Assembly: GCA_040954595.2 (NCBI GenBank)
Contig: CM082581.2
Span: 10,477,099 to 10,541,098, forward strand
DNA: 64,000 bases
Origin: Balanoglossus misakiensis
Taxonomy: Eukaryota > Animalia > Hemichordata
Reading direction: 5' to 3'
Shown here: piece after piece, positions 47,001 through 60,300 of the stretch
Numbering within the stretch: position 1 is the first letter of the stretch
Layout of the letters: every line of letters begins with the position of its first letter
The notes under the pieces: generated by a model
What the model saw: the letters and a program-made list of their open reading frames with translations, nothing else
Database searches by the model: none
What the model was told of the DNA's origin: nothing
Made by a program: the position numbers and the translations under genes

Positions 47001-50000
47001 TGCAAAATGTGTTGTACTTTACCCTGACGCCAAGTTGAATTGAGGCAAATCATGTCTGTGGTCGGTGTCTGTGGCTCCTGTCGCATCGCATCTTCTTGTC
47101 TGAGCCGTTCAAATTCTTCTGGGTTCCTCACTGTAAAAGAGGTTTTTAATAACAAAAGCTGATTGTCTGTTGACTGCAAGCGTTATGTATGACTTGAGAT
47201 GACAATTAAAAGTAGTCATGAGTTATAAAAAAGAATACAGTAGACCAAAATTTCAAATCAGCATATATTTTCTGAAAATTTCTAATTAATTTTCCAGTTG
47301 AATTTTGTGGTCTCTAGTTGATGAATCTAACCTTTAATTTTTATGATAAATGTTGGAAAAAACCCATGGTGAATGGAATATAAAGTTTCAGATGATATCA
47401 GACAGAAATTGATGGAATTTGCTCATGACAGATGGTGTAATTCTCTAGTGAACCAAGTAATGCGGTGTACGTTTATGTAAATAGTCTTTAATTAGTGCTC
47501 ATAGTGCTTATAGATATATTTTGTGGGATGTATGATATTCCATCAACAGGAATTTCATCTTTTGTGGCGAGTCAATTTACATAGTGCACCCCACACATCA
47601 AAACAAGATTTCCCTGCAGAAGGTAACCATATTCCGCATCCGGCAATGATGAATCGGCAAATTGCCGTGGACTGATTTGTCTTTTCCCCGGTTGAAAGGT
47701 AGTTTTATTGCAGTCATGGAATTTTAGATTGCTGTAATATTTCTCCGTTGCACGTCCTCTGCTGCGCATGATTCATGTCTTCATCGGAGTTTAGAATTCA
47801 AAGCCCAGCACGACGGCAAACTCCGAGGGCATCTCTCTAATTCTGTGTCAACCTCTTGTGATGAAATTCCGGATTACCCATAATTTGTTTACACGGAAAC
47901 TCTCGATGAAATATGGCATCTGCCGCCGTCGAGCGAGCGAAGTTCACTCCCGATCGCAGTTGCTCAAATTTGCACTACATTCGGCTGTTTCTGCAAAACT
48001 GTCACGTTGTGTGCCGTTCTTTGATAGGTGTACTTCACACTGATGAAATACAAGCGATGGTTTTTCAGCCAATCACGTGATTGTTTTACAAGCTTATGTG
48101 TTTCTTTCATCATACATGTAGATCGTGTCGGTCGTGCATCAGAATATGATTAATTTAATCTCTGAAATACTTGGATGTCTTGGATACTCTGTAACACTGT
48201 GGTGACAAGGTGCGATTGGAGGTCCACTCGCATGCGAGTCATTCCGGGTCAGTGATTGGATGAATTTTGACATGTGATCGGGGCAATGGGTCATGCTCCA
48301 TAAGCATTAGTTCATCTTCTGATAAGCTTTTTGACGTTTCCCTTGTCAGGTTGACTCACCAATTGTCTGTTTCATGTCAGGGAGATAAGAAACTCTATAA
48401 AATGCCCCGAAGACAGGTGAACAAGCTGCAAGCGAGGGAATCAAATCTTTCTCAGGGACACGACGACGTAAAGCCGGTCATGTCATCAATCCCACCCTCA
48501 TCAAAGGACGGTTCATGTACGGCATCCCTTTCTGCGGGGACGGAAAGAAAACTGATGCGAACTTTGACCTCTGACCTCACCTGAGACTATGGGTTTAAGA
48601 TGACATGTTGTGTGAGGGTTTGGGAGTCTCTCTGTTGGTTAACCCCAGCTGTTCAGTGGAGGTAGCTCGCTCCCTTGTGCAGCTGTTGAATTTTATCCTC
48701 AACCGATACGATTGAGTGGGTGCCAATTAGGTCAGGTTTGAAGGCCGAACAAGAACTAGTTGTGTGGAAATGAGCAGTTAAAAAAATAGGAACAAAGTGC
48801 AGTGTACAGTGTGAAACCTTTTATAGTTGGAATTGTCATAGTTACTAGAAAAACCAAGTAACCGTGGTATCAGTCATAATGTGATCACATCCAAGGTGAA
48901 ATCTATTGTAATTTCATTGGTTTGAAATTTTCTTATCATTAGTGATGACAGGAAGTCTTAATACAGAAATTTAACAGTAATAGATAATTGTGAGCAGAAG
49001 ACTAAATGTGTGTACTGAGTTAAAATGGACACTGACTTCATTATAAAATGCGGAAAAGCTGCACAACATATACAGGGAAATCGTTTTATGATCAGTACTG
49101 ACTGGCTCCAGCTTATATTAAAATTCGAACATCATACATCATGAAGTGTTTATTCAGCACTTGTTGATGAAAGGAGAAGCTCTCACTGAGATTTTGAAAT
49201 GGCAGAGCTACAGGTCTGTGGTGACTTGCTGTCCCCTTCAGCTTTGTCATGCTCTCTAGTTATGTCTGAAAAGAATATCTAGAATAAAAAATCAGTCGTT
49301 TTATGTCCCTGAAGTTAACAGCAACTATGAGAGTGCCAAATATCGCTTGTGTGCTCAGTTTACAAATGGGGCAGCCGGGATCTGGCTGGTTGCAACACCT
49401 TGTCTGATTGGTTTAGCCAGAGGGCAGAAAATTGAAAGTCAGTCAGTTCACCAATCAGGGGATTGCTTACAATGGCCAGAAAGATAAGATAAGGAAAGTG
49501 ATTTCAGTCTGATCGAAATTGCATTTGAAAACCTTTTGTCGTCTGCCAGGTTTTCTTTCACGTATTATTAAAAAGAAGTAGTTTTTACAAGGATCTTGAT
49601 GATAAACACTAGTTAAATAATTAGAGTTCTTATTCATCCGGTTTATGTCTACAGCGATGGGTGCAACTAGTCCCAGAGGAGCAATGCATACTCTGTTGAA
49701 GATGTAAAGTGACAGATATAAATTAATAATTTCGATTTGCAGAGTATGGTTTGTTTTGATGATAAATTTCCCCAGTGGATGATCATCGATACGAAATTTT
49801 AATTTTTTCCCATTCCTTTTATCAGACAGATTAAAATAAAGATTGGGTTTTGAATACGTGTAACCCTAATTAAGTCGGCTGATGAAATATTCATTTTAGT
49901 CTCTTGCAGCAGGTGGGATGGGAATGCACACACACAGAAAATGCGAGTACCAATGTCTTGGGAGGAGCTGGGTTTACACTTCTGTTGAAATTGGAATAAT

Positions 50001-50388
50001 GGTTTTATTTTGTTGAAATAAAGTAAGACTGAACATGTATGTGAATTACAAAAGGATAATCACATCATAATAGTTTTGTTTGTGGGTGAATTTCAAAAGT
50101 GGCTGTCTTCTTTCGAATGGTAATTGATGGTGAGGATACGAACCCTCTCTGTATGGCTAATATGTTGTGGAAAATCAACTTTATCCAACTTACTTTCTCT
50201 TTGATGGCAGTTCTGACAGTGGTGCATTGTGATGTGTTTTGTTTGTGAAAAAAATGTGAATGACACGCGATTCACGCTGTGTTGAAATTGTTCGCTCTTG
50301 GCATTTACGTCCGTAGTAGTGTTCCTGGTGTGAAAATACTGACATGGCGATTGGCGCTACAGTGTCTACTGTACGTTTGAATGCCAGT

Positions 50389-50830
50389 GTCATGCAAATT
50401 TCCCGCTGTGACTTTAATTCCGTCGCATAATTTCATTTCCGCGGCATACCGATTATGACAACAGTGGTGCAGTGTTATGTATGATTCCTGCCATTATAGA
50501 TTTCAAAGTCATGTATAAAGTCCTGCTGTGACTGAATTCCATCCTTATCACTTCCATGGCTGCCCCGTGCGCCAATAAACACTGTAATGACAAACTGTCA
50601 CGATTCCTGCTCTAATTTTCATGCGAATGTCAAAGCTGAGCTTCACCCGTTCTTGTATGTTCACTTCTGCTGGTAGTTTTACGAGAATATTCTCCCCAGT
50701 GTAAATAACACTGCCCAGTTTCCGTTTGAATGACGTGTGCCTCGCATTGCATTTTCATCGAGACAACCACCGGTCCATACTTAGACCGCTGTTAATTTTT
50801 CCTGCTGGTAGTTAATAATCATATTTCTCT
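50389..50830. repeat. Diverged local tandem duplications
   Basis: gtcatg..tcc(c/t)gctgtgact..aattcc recurs at ~50389 and ~50508 (period ~120). ctgctggtagtt..atatt recurs at ~50667 and ~50802. Confidence 0.6.
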
Positions 50831-53800
50831 CTCTGCAGGGCATATTTTATTTCGTTTGAGCAGATCTGGTACTGATATTGTCAGGTGTCCGGCAAGGCAT
50901 TAAGACTTCAATTCATCAACTGACTAATCTTCAACTGAACTGAAAATGGTATTCAATTAGAAAAATTGTTCCCAGCTAAATGGGGATATGACGTACTAAT
51001 GTGACAGTTAATTTTTGAACGTATAGTAATTTCGCATCAACAAAGTAGTGATGACGTGTCATTTTTCCCTGCCTTAATTACTGAGGTCAAAATCGTAGTG
51101 TCTTTTGTGCGCTTGCAAGACTTATCTGGGTATAATTCTCTCAGGGCATTCCGCGGTAGGGAGACATTGCGTGGCCCAATTGCCAGTGAAACAGGGACAG
51201 AAATATGAATTCTGTATGTTCTCACGTGCATGTGGTTACAAGGCCAGGTGGGCATTGCTTTTCCCTGGGTTGAAGCCATCAGAGATTTTTTTTGTGGGGG
51301 GGGGGGGGGGGGGAGGTGTGTGCACAGTGATAGATAATGGAAGGGAAAATTGTCCTTGAGGGCTGTGCAGTCTGCCACGTCCGCTTTCGGACCGTGGAAA
51401 TGCCGCGCGCCACTGAGGAAATCAAAAGTGACGCGAAACGATATTGAGGAGCAGGTGATGGAAGCGGTGATGTCCATATTATAACTAGCCACAGGAGAGT
51501 TGATGAGTAAATTTCTTTGGAAATAATTCCCATGGAGGGCTAAAGCCTTGTATAACTACGCGAGATTGAAGGGGATTAAGGTGACAATATTATGAATCTA
51601 AAATATAGGAGATACTATTAAAACCTACGACTTTACAGTTATTTGCAAGAACTTGAGATCCTGTCAAGACCAAGGGATATCTCGTTCTGTTAATCGATGG
51701 GTGTTATTTCAGGCATGAGTGTATTTTTTTTCCGTTCTTACCACCTGCTGTAGGCATGGAACGCTGGCATGCTACACTTGGTTAAAAGGTGCAGTGGCTG
51801 AAGTTTTGGTCTTGAAATTAAAGATTCAGATCGGTGGTTTACGTGTATCATTGTTCTCGCAAGAGCAGTAAAAGAGTACCTGTCATTCAAACTTCAGGGA
51901 AATTTTCAAATTTTTTTTCGTCAAGAGTTTGATCTATTGTGTGGAGCGAACATGAAATGGTTACTTATATTGGCAAGTACAAAAGTGTCATTTTTTCACA
52001 AGGAAGATTGCTGTCAGCTTTTTTCGCTTCTGATTAAAATTGATGGTGGAAATTGCGAGTGAGTAATCAGAGCTAATTCTGGCATTTTTTCCCCACTATC
52101 TATTGAATTGAAGTTAATTATAAACATTTATGATTGCCAAATTCAGTCCTGATCCTTTGATGGTATTAGGGGGATTTCCAAGTTTATTTTCAAAGGATTA
52201 TTGTGATTTATGGTCATTTGGATGAAAAATGGGATTCCAAATACAAGAAAAGGAAGCCCTGCCTCCAGTTGTCAGATTGGACGGCAAGATGTCTGGACTG
52301 GAGGTTACCATGACAACAGTCTCTGCGCTCATGCCTTCTTCCATCTTTTTTGGTGTTTACACAGTACTTATCTCATCAGTGAACAAGCATGATCAAATTC
52401 AATATTGTTATTCTGAACTTTTCAAGATTATTTTGTGTGCCTCAGATTCCATTTTGTTGTGGCTGACAGATAAGACTGTTCCAGATTGATAATTGCCGAG
52501 AAGTTTCGACGAACCAGAAAGAAGAAGCGAGGGAAAGTGGAAACTCGAGCTGGCAATTCTTGATCGGGGGGATGTTTTCAGGTTTTTTGAAGTGGGCCCA
52601 TCTTGCTGAGGGGTGGATTGCTTGTTCTCGGCTTGATCACGTCCATCCTTTTGAAGCTAATCCCTGGTGACTCTGAGGTACTTGGCGGAAAATAAAACAG
52701 AAGTGAGAATGTCACAGAAGATGGTTCTAAAATGTTGTTGATGATTTGTTGGCCCCCAGAGAGCGGAGGATGACTCTCGACTTCTACGTCCCTTAATTTT
52801 ATAAGAGTCAGTAGGCCTATTTTCACAGGTCCGTATCATCAGTCAGCATTATGTTACGCCGTGAAATGCACCGTCATTAAACAAGTATCCGGCGCGAGGT
52901 GTGTCGCACAGTTGATGGGAACAGGAATTCTGTGGGTTAGCCAGGTGAGGCTGACGCGACCAGCATTTCAATATCTTTTTTTACTGCGACAAGGACTGAA
53001 AAATGATGGAACTTAAAACCTATACGTTTTCACTGTGTACTTGTTTGATGTTTTTGAATTAGTTTTTTTTGCCAGAACTTGAACAAAGCTAAGTACACGC
53101 AGTTCAGTCTCTTATTGCTCTGAGAAGATATGGAAAAAAATAGGTCATTATATGTGTCGGCATTGAATGAGAAAAAATGTCTCCATGTTTATTTAACGAT
53201 CGGCTTTATAATTACCTGTCCCATTTCTGAAATTACTCATAAAATATTATTCATGTCACCTGTGGCTTTGTTGTGTGAACTTTGACCCCAACTTTGAACT
53301 TGCATAGTGCCTTCAAACGCTCATACATGTACTTGTGCATGTTTTTGCACTGTTTAACTACATCAAAACAGGTCCTACTTTTTTTAATGTACAGTGTCAC
53401 TACACTAAAAAAACTTTCATCATCAGGGTTGCTTTCTTAACAAAAATTCGTAAAAATGCCCCATGAACTGCAGCATCACCGGATGAGGACAGCAGCTGAG
53501 CATGTGCAGTAGCTGCATCCTTTCGATGTGATTTCCAGGCGGTTGTTTAACACGCGCCAGTGCAGTTTTCAGAGAGAATATCGTTTTAAGCTGCAGTCTC
53601 CGGGGATTGTGTTGGAAACAATGTCAGAAATGTCAGAGACTCTTTCCAGGCTTGAAAGCAGTTTCACTCCGTGAATTTGTGTCGTAACCTCAAGAGGAAA
53701 GGTCACCAAACACTGCGAAACAAATGCGCAGAAGGACACTGGCGTAATGACTGAAAACACAAGTGGCGCATGTCACAGAAATAACGGCACGCTCACAATC

Positions 53801-56800
53801 TCAAACACGCGGATATACCAGCTCGACTCTTGATTATAAAAAGAAAATGGAGTCCACCCTACAAATAATGTATGCTTATGATAAACACACATATCAACGG
53901 TTTTGATTTTTCTCAAACTTACTGAACGAGATGAAATTGAAAAAAAAAATTGTAGAATTTACCTCCCAAAGAGTTAATCTTGTCAATATTTAAAGAAAAG
54001 GCCTTATCAAATTTCACAGGAAATTTTGTGACCTGGAATGATTTAATGAAAATTTCTGCATATGTTGTCACTGCAGGAAACCCCAAACATACCCTGTAAA
54101 AACATGAAACAAAAACAAAAATAGCAAGCTTATTGTGGTCGATCGATATGCCATTAGAAAGGTTATTATTTTTCATAATGCTAAAGGTCTGTTTTAAATT
54201 TAATTTATCATTTGCGTGATGGAAGGAAAGCTGGTTGTCATATTGGCACATTTCCCATGATGCACCTCCATAACCTAGAATAGAAATATGTTTCTGTTTC
54301 ATTTCTTAACATATGTTACATACACGTAACATACAGCGTTGCTGTTTTTTTGTGTGACCTCTGTAGATAAATTTCACGTTGTGTGAATGTTAGTGGTGAA
54401 ATATAGACACATGGTCTAAATGAAAATGAAAAGCTTGATGAATATTTCATTGAAGGAAAGAATTTCAGTGTATTGTCTTGTTCCTTGCCTATTTTATCGT
54501 ATTCATCAGTGTTCGAGTTGGTGCCATTCAAAAACAAAATTTGGAATAGTGTGTGCTTGTACATCATAGAGCTTTAGAAGCAGCGTGTTCACACAAAGAC
54601 GAGAGAGGTCTTCTACTATGAAATCTGTTTCTAAATTAAGAAGCTGAGCGCGAGTGCGGTTTTCCCCGAGCCTCCCTGTGTGAATTCGTATAACTGAATG
54701 GAGGAATGCGAAGCCCCTGTGGTTGAATTCCAAACGAACATGTCACTGTCAGGCCGGCATAATTTGTCATCATTTGGTGAATCTTCTCGAGCCGATATAT
54801 CATTCCGGGGGAACCGGCCGGCGGTGAAACCCCAGGGCTGTGTTTTTTTTTTTCTCTCTCTCTTTCCGAGGTGTCTTTGAAAGGAATCTTTATAGGCTGT
54901 TAATGTGGCAGGTTTTCTGGGACGAAGGGTGGCTTGACCTCATCGGAGAAAGACTCGTCAATGACGCGTCCCCGTTGCCTCCTTGCTGATGCAGAAGGAG
55001 AAGCGGCTACACTAATTAAACACTCACTGAATTGCCGGAAGCTGTTCTGATACAATTTGTGACTGGTTCATTCAGTCGGCACTTGCTGCGTAATTATCTC
55101 TAAATTTCAGACTGGTTTTATTGGTGTTTGGGAGGGGGGGGGGGGGGGGGGGTGAAAGCTTAGCAGAAAATATATCAACCACAAAAAATCATGAATGAAA
55201 AATCATTAATTATTAATGCTTGAGAAGGAAATATTTCAGAAAATCAGGTTAAACAGTGAAAGTCTCAGATGGCATTTTTTTCCCTCTTAGAGAAAACTAT
55301 TCAGGAAAGTTATTATTTTATTGCATTGTTGTATTTCATGGGTGAAGAGGAACACTATTGTCCAGTTAAATGAAAATCATCAAATAGTGTTAATTAACAA
55401 ATTATTGTGATGAATTACCGTTTTTTTCTCGCCATTGTGTCTTGATGAAACTTGCATAATAATACACCACTTCAAATTTGTCTCTGTGTGTCCTGGGAAA
55501 AAAATGGAATTATGTAAATGAACTTACAGGGTGATTTTCTATCCGGCACACATTCACATCATCTGTGAAGCTGACAGTTTCTATTGAAATCCTGGTGTAA
55601 TATTTTCTCTCTGGCTTTTTCCAATATCTTCATGAATTGATTTTGTGTCGCACGTAATATCTGCGCACTCTTAGTCCCTTTGTCGTGTTTGAATGAAATG
55701 TCTCGTCATTTTTGTGCTCAAAAATATGTCACCTAGGGGCTGTCAGTTCTCTTGTGGTGAGAGATACAGATTTTTTCTCTCGATTTATTCAAAATGCAGA
55801 TTGATAATTTCCTGTTTTCAGGGGGTGTGGTGAGGGAGTTGTATGGGTTTCCCCCAAAATTTGCACATCACTTCTGTATCGTAAAACTTGAATTTATCAC
55901 ATGTCAGCTGCTTGAGTTAGTTTTGTGGGGGTCAAATCTTCTGTAAATAAATGAAAATGTCCACCAAATCATTTGTTAATACTGCTCCGTATGAGTGTAA
56001 TGATCGTAACTCATAATCCACGATGAATTAAGCGAAGATGCAGTGTATTCTGCTACTGAATTTTTCTTGTCACAGTCTCGGCGATCAGAAGAGAGAGCGA
56101 GAGAGACTATATGGATTTGATGAACATAATTTACTGAAATTTATCAACATTTTCCTCAAACCAAGTGAGTGCCATGGGACCTGCGGGCCAACTCTGCTCA
56201 ACATCAATAAATCTTGATGGAGCCATACAAAACTGTACTTTCTGATTTTGTGGAAGGGTCGTGTTTTGTCCTGTTGAAATGTGTGTAACATTTCCTTTGC
56301 GATGTGTTCTCTGCCCAGAAAAGGAAAAAAAAAAATACATTCGCCTGAAGCGCTACAGCTGAAAATAACATCAGTTGTCAGTCGAATGAATGTCACTGTT
56401 GACTTCAGTGGTGTTCAAAAGGAATGGCAGATAAACCATTCATAACTTTCAGTTCAAACCTCTCCACTCATGTTTGCAGAATATTTCTTAAAAAGTCAAG
56501 TGGTCCATTAAAAAAATAAATAAATTCAAGACAAAAGGATGACACCACCGATTGGCAGAGGGAGTCTACTATTAAAAACGAGAAATCCTATGCAAATGAC
56601 ATGGCTCGGGCATTGATGTGTGTTTTACAGTAGTCTTGAGGGATGGGCCGTGTTTGTCCTCTAGAAATCCCCATTTAAGCTTGTGTTGGTTTTAGACTTA
56701 AGAGATGGCTGTGTGTGTAGTCGGAGAGACGAGTTGGCTGCATATATCCGAAGCACGTCGCCACAAACAGCGCGAATATATTACCATAGCCCAAGCAGGT

Positions 56801-57099
56801 TTTAAAGAATAATGAGGCGAAGGTAAAAATAGATATACACAGTTCATGTTTAGATATTTTAAGAGGTGTAGAAAATAAAAATATAAACTGAAAAAAAAAA
56901 TAATTACATGATAGAGGAGGGCAACAGGTTGTAGAATTCCATCGATGGAAATGATCATGCAATTCTGTGCTGTTGCTGGTTTCCAATCCAAGTAGATATT
57001 TTCCGAAATTCCAAATCTCAGAGCACACCTACCTGAAGCTTGGTATAATAATATTCCCATTGCCCAGTAATAAGAAATAATTTTTGTAAATATGACGGT

Positions 57100-57180
57100 G
57101 CTTGGCCAATCAGCGGGCAGTATGAATATTTATGCGTAGGCGGGGTGCAGTCATACTTTGATATCATATTTGCATATGGT
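57100..57180 (+). promoter_or_regulatory. Candidate internal promoter in the TIAR intron
   Basis: GGCCAATCAG (CCAAT 57106-57110), GC box GGCGGGG (57139-57145) and octamer ATTTGCAT (57168-57175) within 70 nt, 110-180 nt upstream of an ATG-initiated exon candidate. Confidence 0.5.
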
Positions 57181-57286
57181 GGCCGCTTGCATGCACAGGT
57201 ATACATGTGTCAGCTGTAGGCAGCCCAGTGTACACTGCCTGCCTAGCTACCTGCCGCCTCCATATATTAGTATAGGTGAGCCCACA

Positions 57287-57379
57287 ATGGAAGCAGCCAC
57301 GGCCGGAGCAGCAATCCCTATCACGGCGCAGGCTGTACCGTTGGGAACTGTGCCCATGCAGATGACCATGCCGCCAACA
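57287..57379 (+). CDS. Candidate alternative first coding exon of TIA-1/TIAR: MEAATAGAAIPITAQAVPLGTVPMQMTMPPT
   Basis: Strong start context acaATGG, GC-rich 31 codons, donor ACA|GTAAGC in phase 0, the same phase as the exon-3 donor. Confidence 0.6.
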
Positions 57380-60300
57380 GTAAGCACATCAGTTCTTTTC
57401 CCCATCTCCGATCCCCCCTCCTCCTCCTCCTCCTCTTAAGCCGCTGTCGAATATTTCACACCGCCTGTTTCCCCGGCTCGCTGCCACTCAGGTGAGGTCA
57501 CACTCCTGATAGAATATATTGAGTATGTGTTGATTTCATATCATCAGCTTATTTAGATATCCTATCAGCTGGTGTGGAGTGCCTGGCATGTGTGAGCAGC
57601 AGCAGAAACATTTGTTGATGATCACCGGGCTGAATTATGCCCGGTGAATTTATTTTCATTTCCTACGACACAACACCCCAGAATAAAAATTTATGCGGCA
57701 GTTTATCCATTCATTTACCCTCAAATGTTCGTCTGTACAACTGATACACATTGACTGGTAATTGATTTAAACGTAGAATTTCCTACAGCCAAATTGTTCG
57801 CGCGTTCGCTAATGCGGTGAGATTTTCACTTTACTTAACAAAAGAGGGTGGGACTGGCCGGGTTGCCTGTGTCTGTGTGAAAGAGGGTTCCTGTGTGTTC
57901 TTTAAAAAAAATGATTTAATTGGCGTCCTTAATTGCTTTTGATGTTTCACTGACAACATTGACACAAAGCCGGCCTCCGATTGTGCGTGGATCAGTGACA
58001 TGTTATTTTTACCCGAGTGCTATTTGGAACAATATGTTTGTACACTGTACGGGCAAAAAACCTGTGTCTCTCCCGTATTCAATGCCCGCCTTTGTAAGTC
58101 TAGAGGCCCAGGGGAAACCAGAGAAAGTGAAATAAATTTAAATCAGTAACAATAGGTGTTCGAGAGATTTGTACCAAGTGTATTTTGCATAAATTTATAG
58201 AAGATGAATCATGTAGTTTTTGTCTGTGGTTACACTCAGGCCAAGTAAGCGAGATACCATGTTCAGAACCGAGTATGTCTATATTTAACAGCCTTCTGCC
58301 ATCAAAATTGTATTACTTTTTTTGATCAATGAGCATATGTTTACTAAACAGTCCTGGCTATTTAGGGTTCAATGTCAAAGTCAAAACTCGGCAGATGTTG
58401 TACGTTGAATACGTAGGTTATAACTTCCTTTTGGAAATTGGAGCAGCAAATAACAAAAACCCCTCACTTTGTGTGTTGCATTGCATTTGAGAATGACATG
58501 ATAATTATGATGATGTTGCTAATGCATCAGTTGTCACTCCTAGTGGCAGCGCATGGAAGCAAATAATGTAATGATTTGAGAATCAGTGTGGGGTATATAG
58601 TAACGTGATCACTGCGGAAAAATACTGCCTTTTAATAGATTCAAGTAGTTTACCTGTAGGGGTGACCTTGTTTCAGTATTCCTCGCTAATAGCACAGTTG
58701 TCAATTCAGGATGTAACCCAAGTAATGTCTGAATATCCAAGGACATACCGGTAATAAATCATGCATTCTTGTTTGTGTTTAGAATTTCATCACTTCCCAT
58801 TGTTCGTTTCAATTTGTCAATTGCGAGATGTTCATTTCAAAATGTACTCCCCCCCAGCAGATACAAATATCACGGTGTTTAAGATACCATTGTCATTGAC
58901 GATGCTAGCTGAATTCCCTTGGATTTTCTATCTATCACCGGTTGCTGTGGCGATGTCCGTGTTGCGAAGACTAACACGCCCGACATAATTATCTACAAGA
59001 CGATTTCCTCTGACATTGTACCTGTTATAATAGATTGGTGAGCACAGGAAGGTGGTTAGACCTCGTCTTGTCAGTTGAATTCTTCTCAGTGGGAGAAAAC
59101 AAACTTCAGTAAATATACTAATCTGTCTCCATGTTGCAGCGTGAATTTGTCGGCAACGAGAAGAACCCCTTCCTGTTGTCGACATTTTTTTCGCTTATAA
59201 TCGCTTTTATGTTGAAGCAGAACAAACCCAAATCACCTATGTTTTAGTGAAAACCAACCGCCTTCCACAATGATGTTCGCTATATTGCCAATTTTATGTA
59301 GGCCACAAATTGAATATCTCGTGGACGAAAATGCGCCATGCGATGTCAGTGAAGCGGGAAATTTGATGGACTGGCTTCTCTTTTTCTTCATCTTTGACCA
59401 AAAAAAAAAATGATTTATTGAAGCGATGGGAGATTAATTTTTGCTTGTGTATTTTTTTTAATTAACCTTGTTTAATGTTGTAGAAATGCCACTCTGTATT
59501 TGCAGACGGGGCGTAGATTAGCCCGTGTCGAGTGTCGAAACTCAAGTCTGGCGAACAGGTGTGTGGAAATCGTGGTGAGCACATGACATCATAGCGTTAA
59601 CCTTGGTAAGGACACCCGATGCAGATGTCAGGAGCTGCTTGTTCTCAGCAGAAAAAACGGGGTCGGCGTTCTGTCAGGAGTCTCGCTGTATTGAGAGGAA
59701 TGAGATATTTATTATTAGATTAGGGTCCATAAGGCGAGATAAAGAGTGGTGTCGTGGCCGTGTGCGTACGCCACTAAACAGCTATATTGTGCCATGTAGT
59801 GTTTTAATGTTCAGGTCACCAGGGTTCACATTCTTTGCCGTGGAAAGAAAAAAGGGGGCTGTCTTTTTATGATTCCCCGTGTGCGTGATGCCACGGCTGC
59901 CTGGAAGACGCCCCGCGGTTATTTGATAATAGCTGTCTCTCCGTGAACAGAGAAACTGAATTCAGGTTCAGGTGGCGACTACTTTTAGTGTTTGCCCTTC
60001 AAGTTCACTCATGAATTTGCGAGTTAATTAGGAAAACTCATTTCGGCAAGTGACGGTTAAGTGCTTGATTTTGGCGACTTCAGCATGTTTTTTTCCCTCC
60101 CCTCCGTGTATATTTTTCGTGTGTGTGCGTGCGTGTGTCAGCGAGTCTTTGCGTGGCCATAAAATAGATATGAGTCATCCAAAACATATCCATTCTGATG
60201 TGGCGGTCGCTAAAAACCAACAGAGCAGAACACGAACCCTTAATACATCACCTGCTTGGAGTTAAATGTAATATTCATACACTTGTTGTCCACGATCAAA

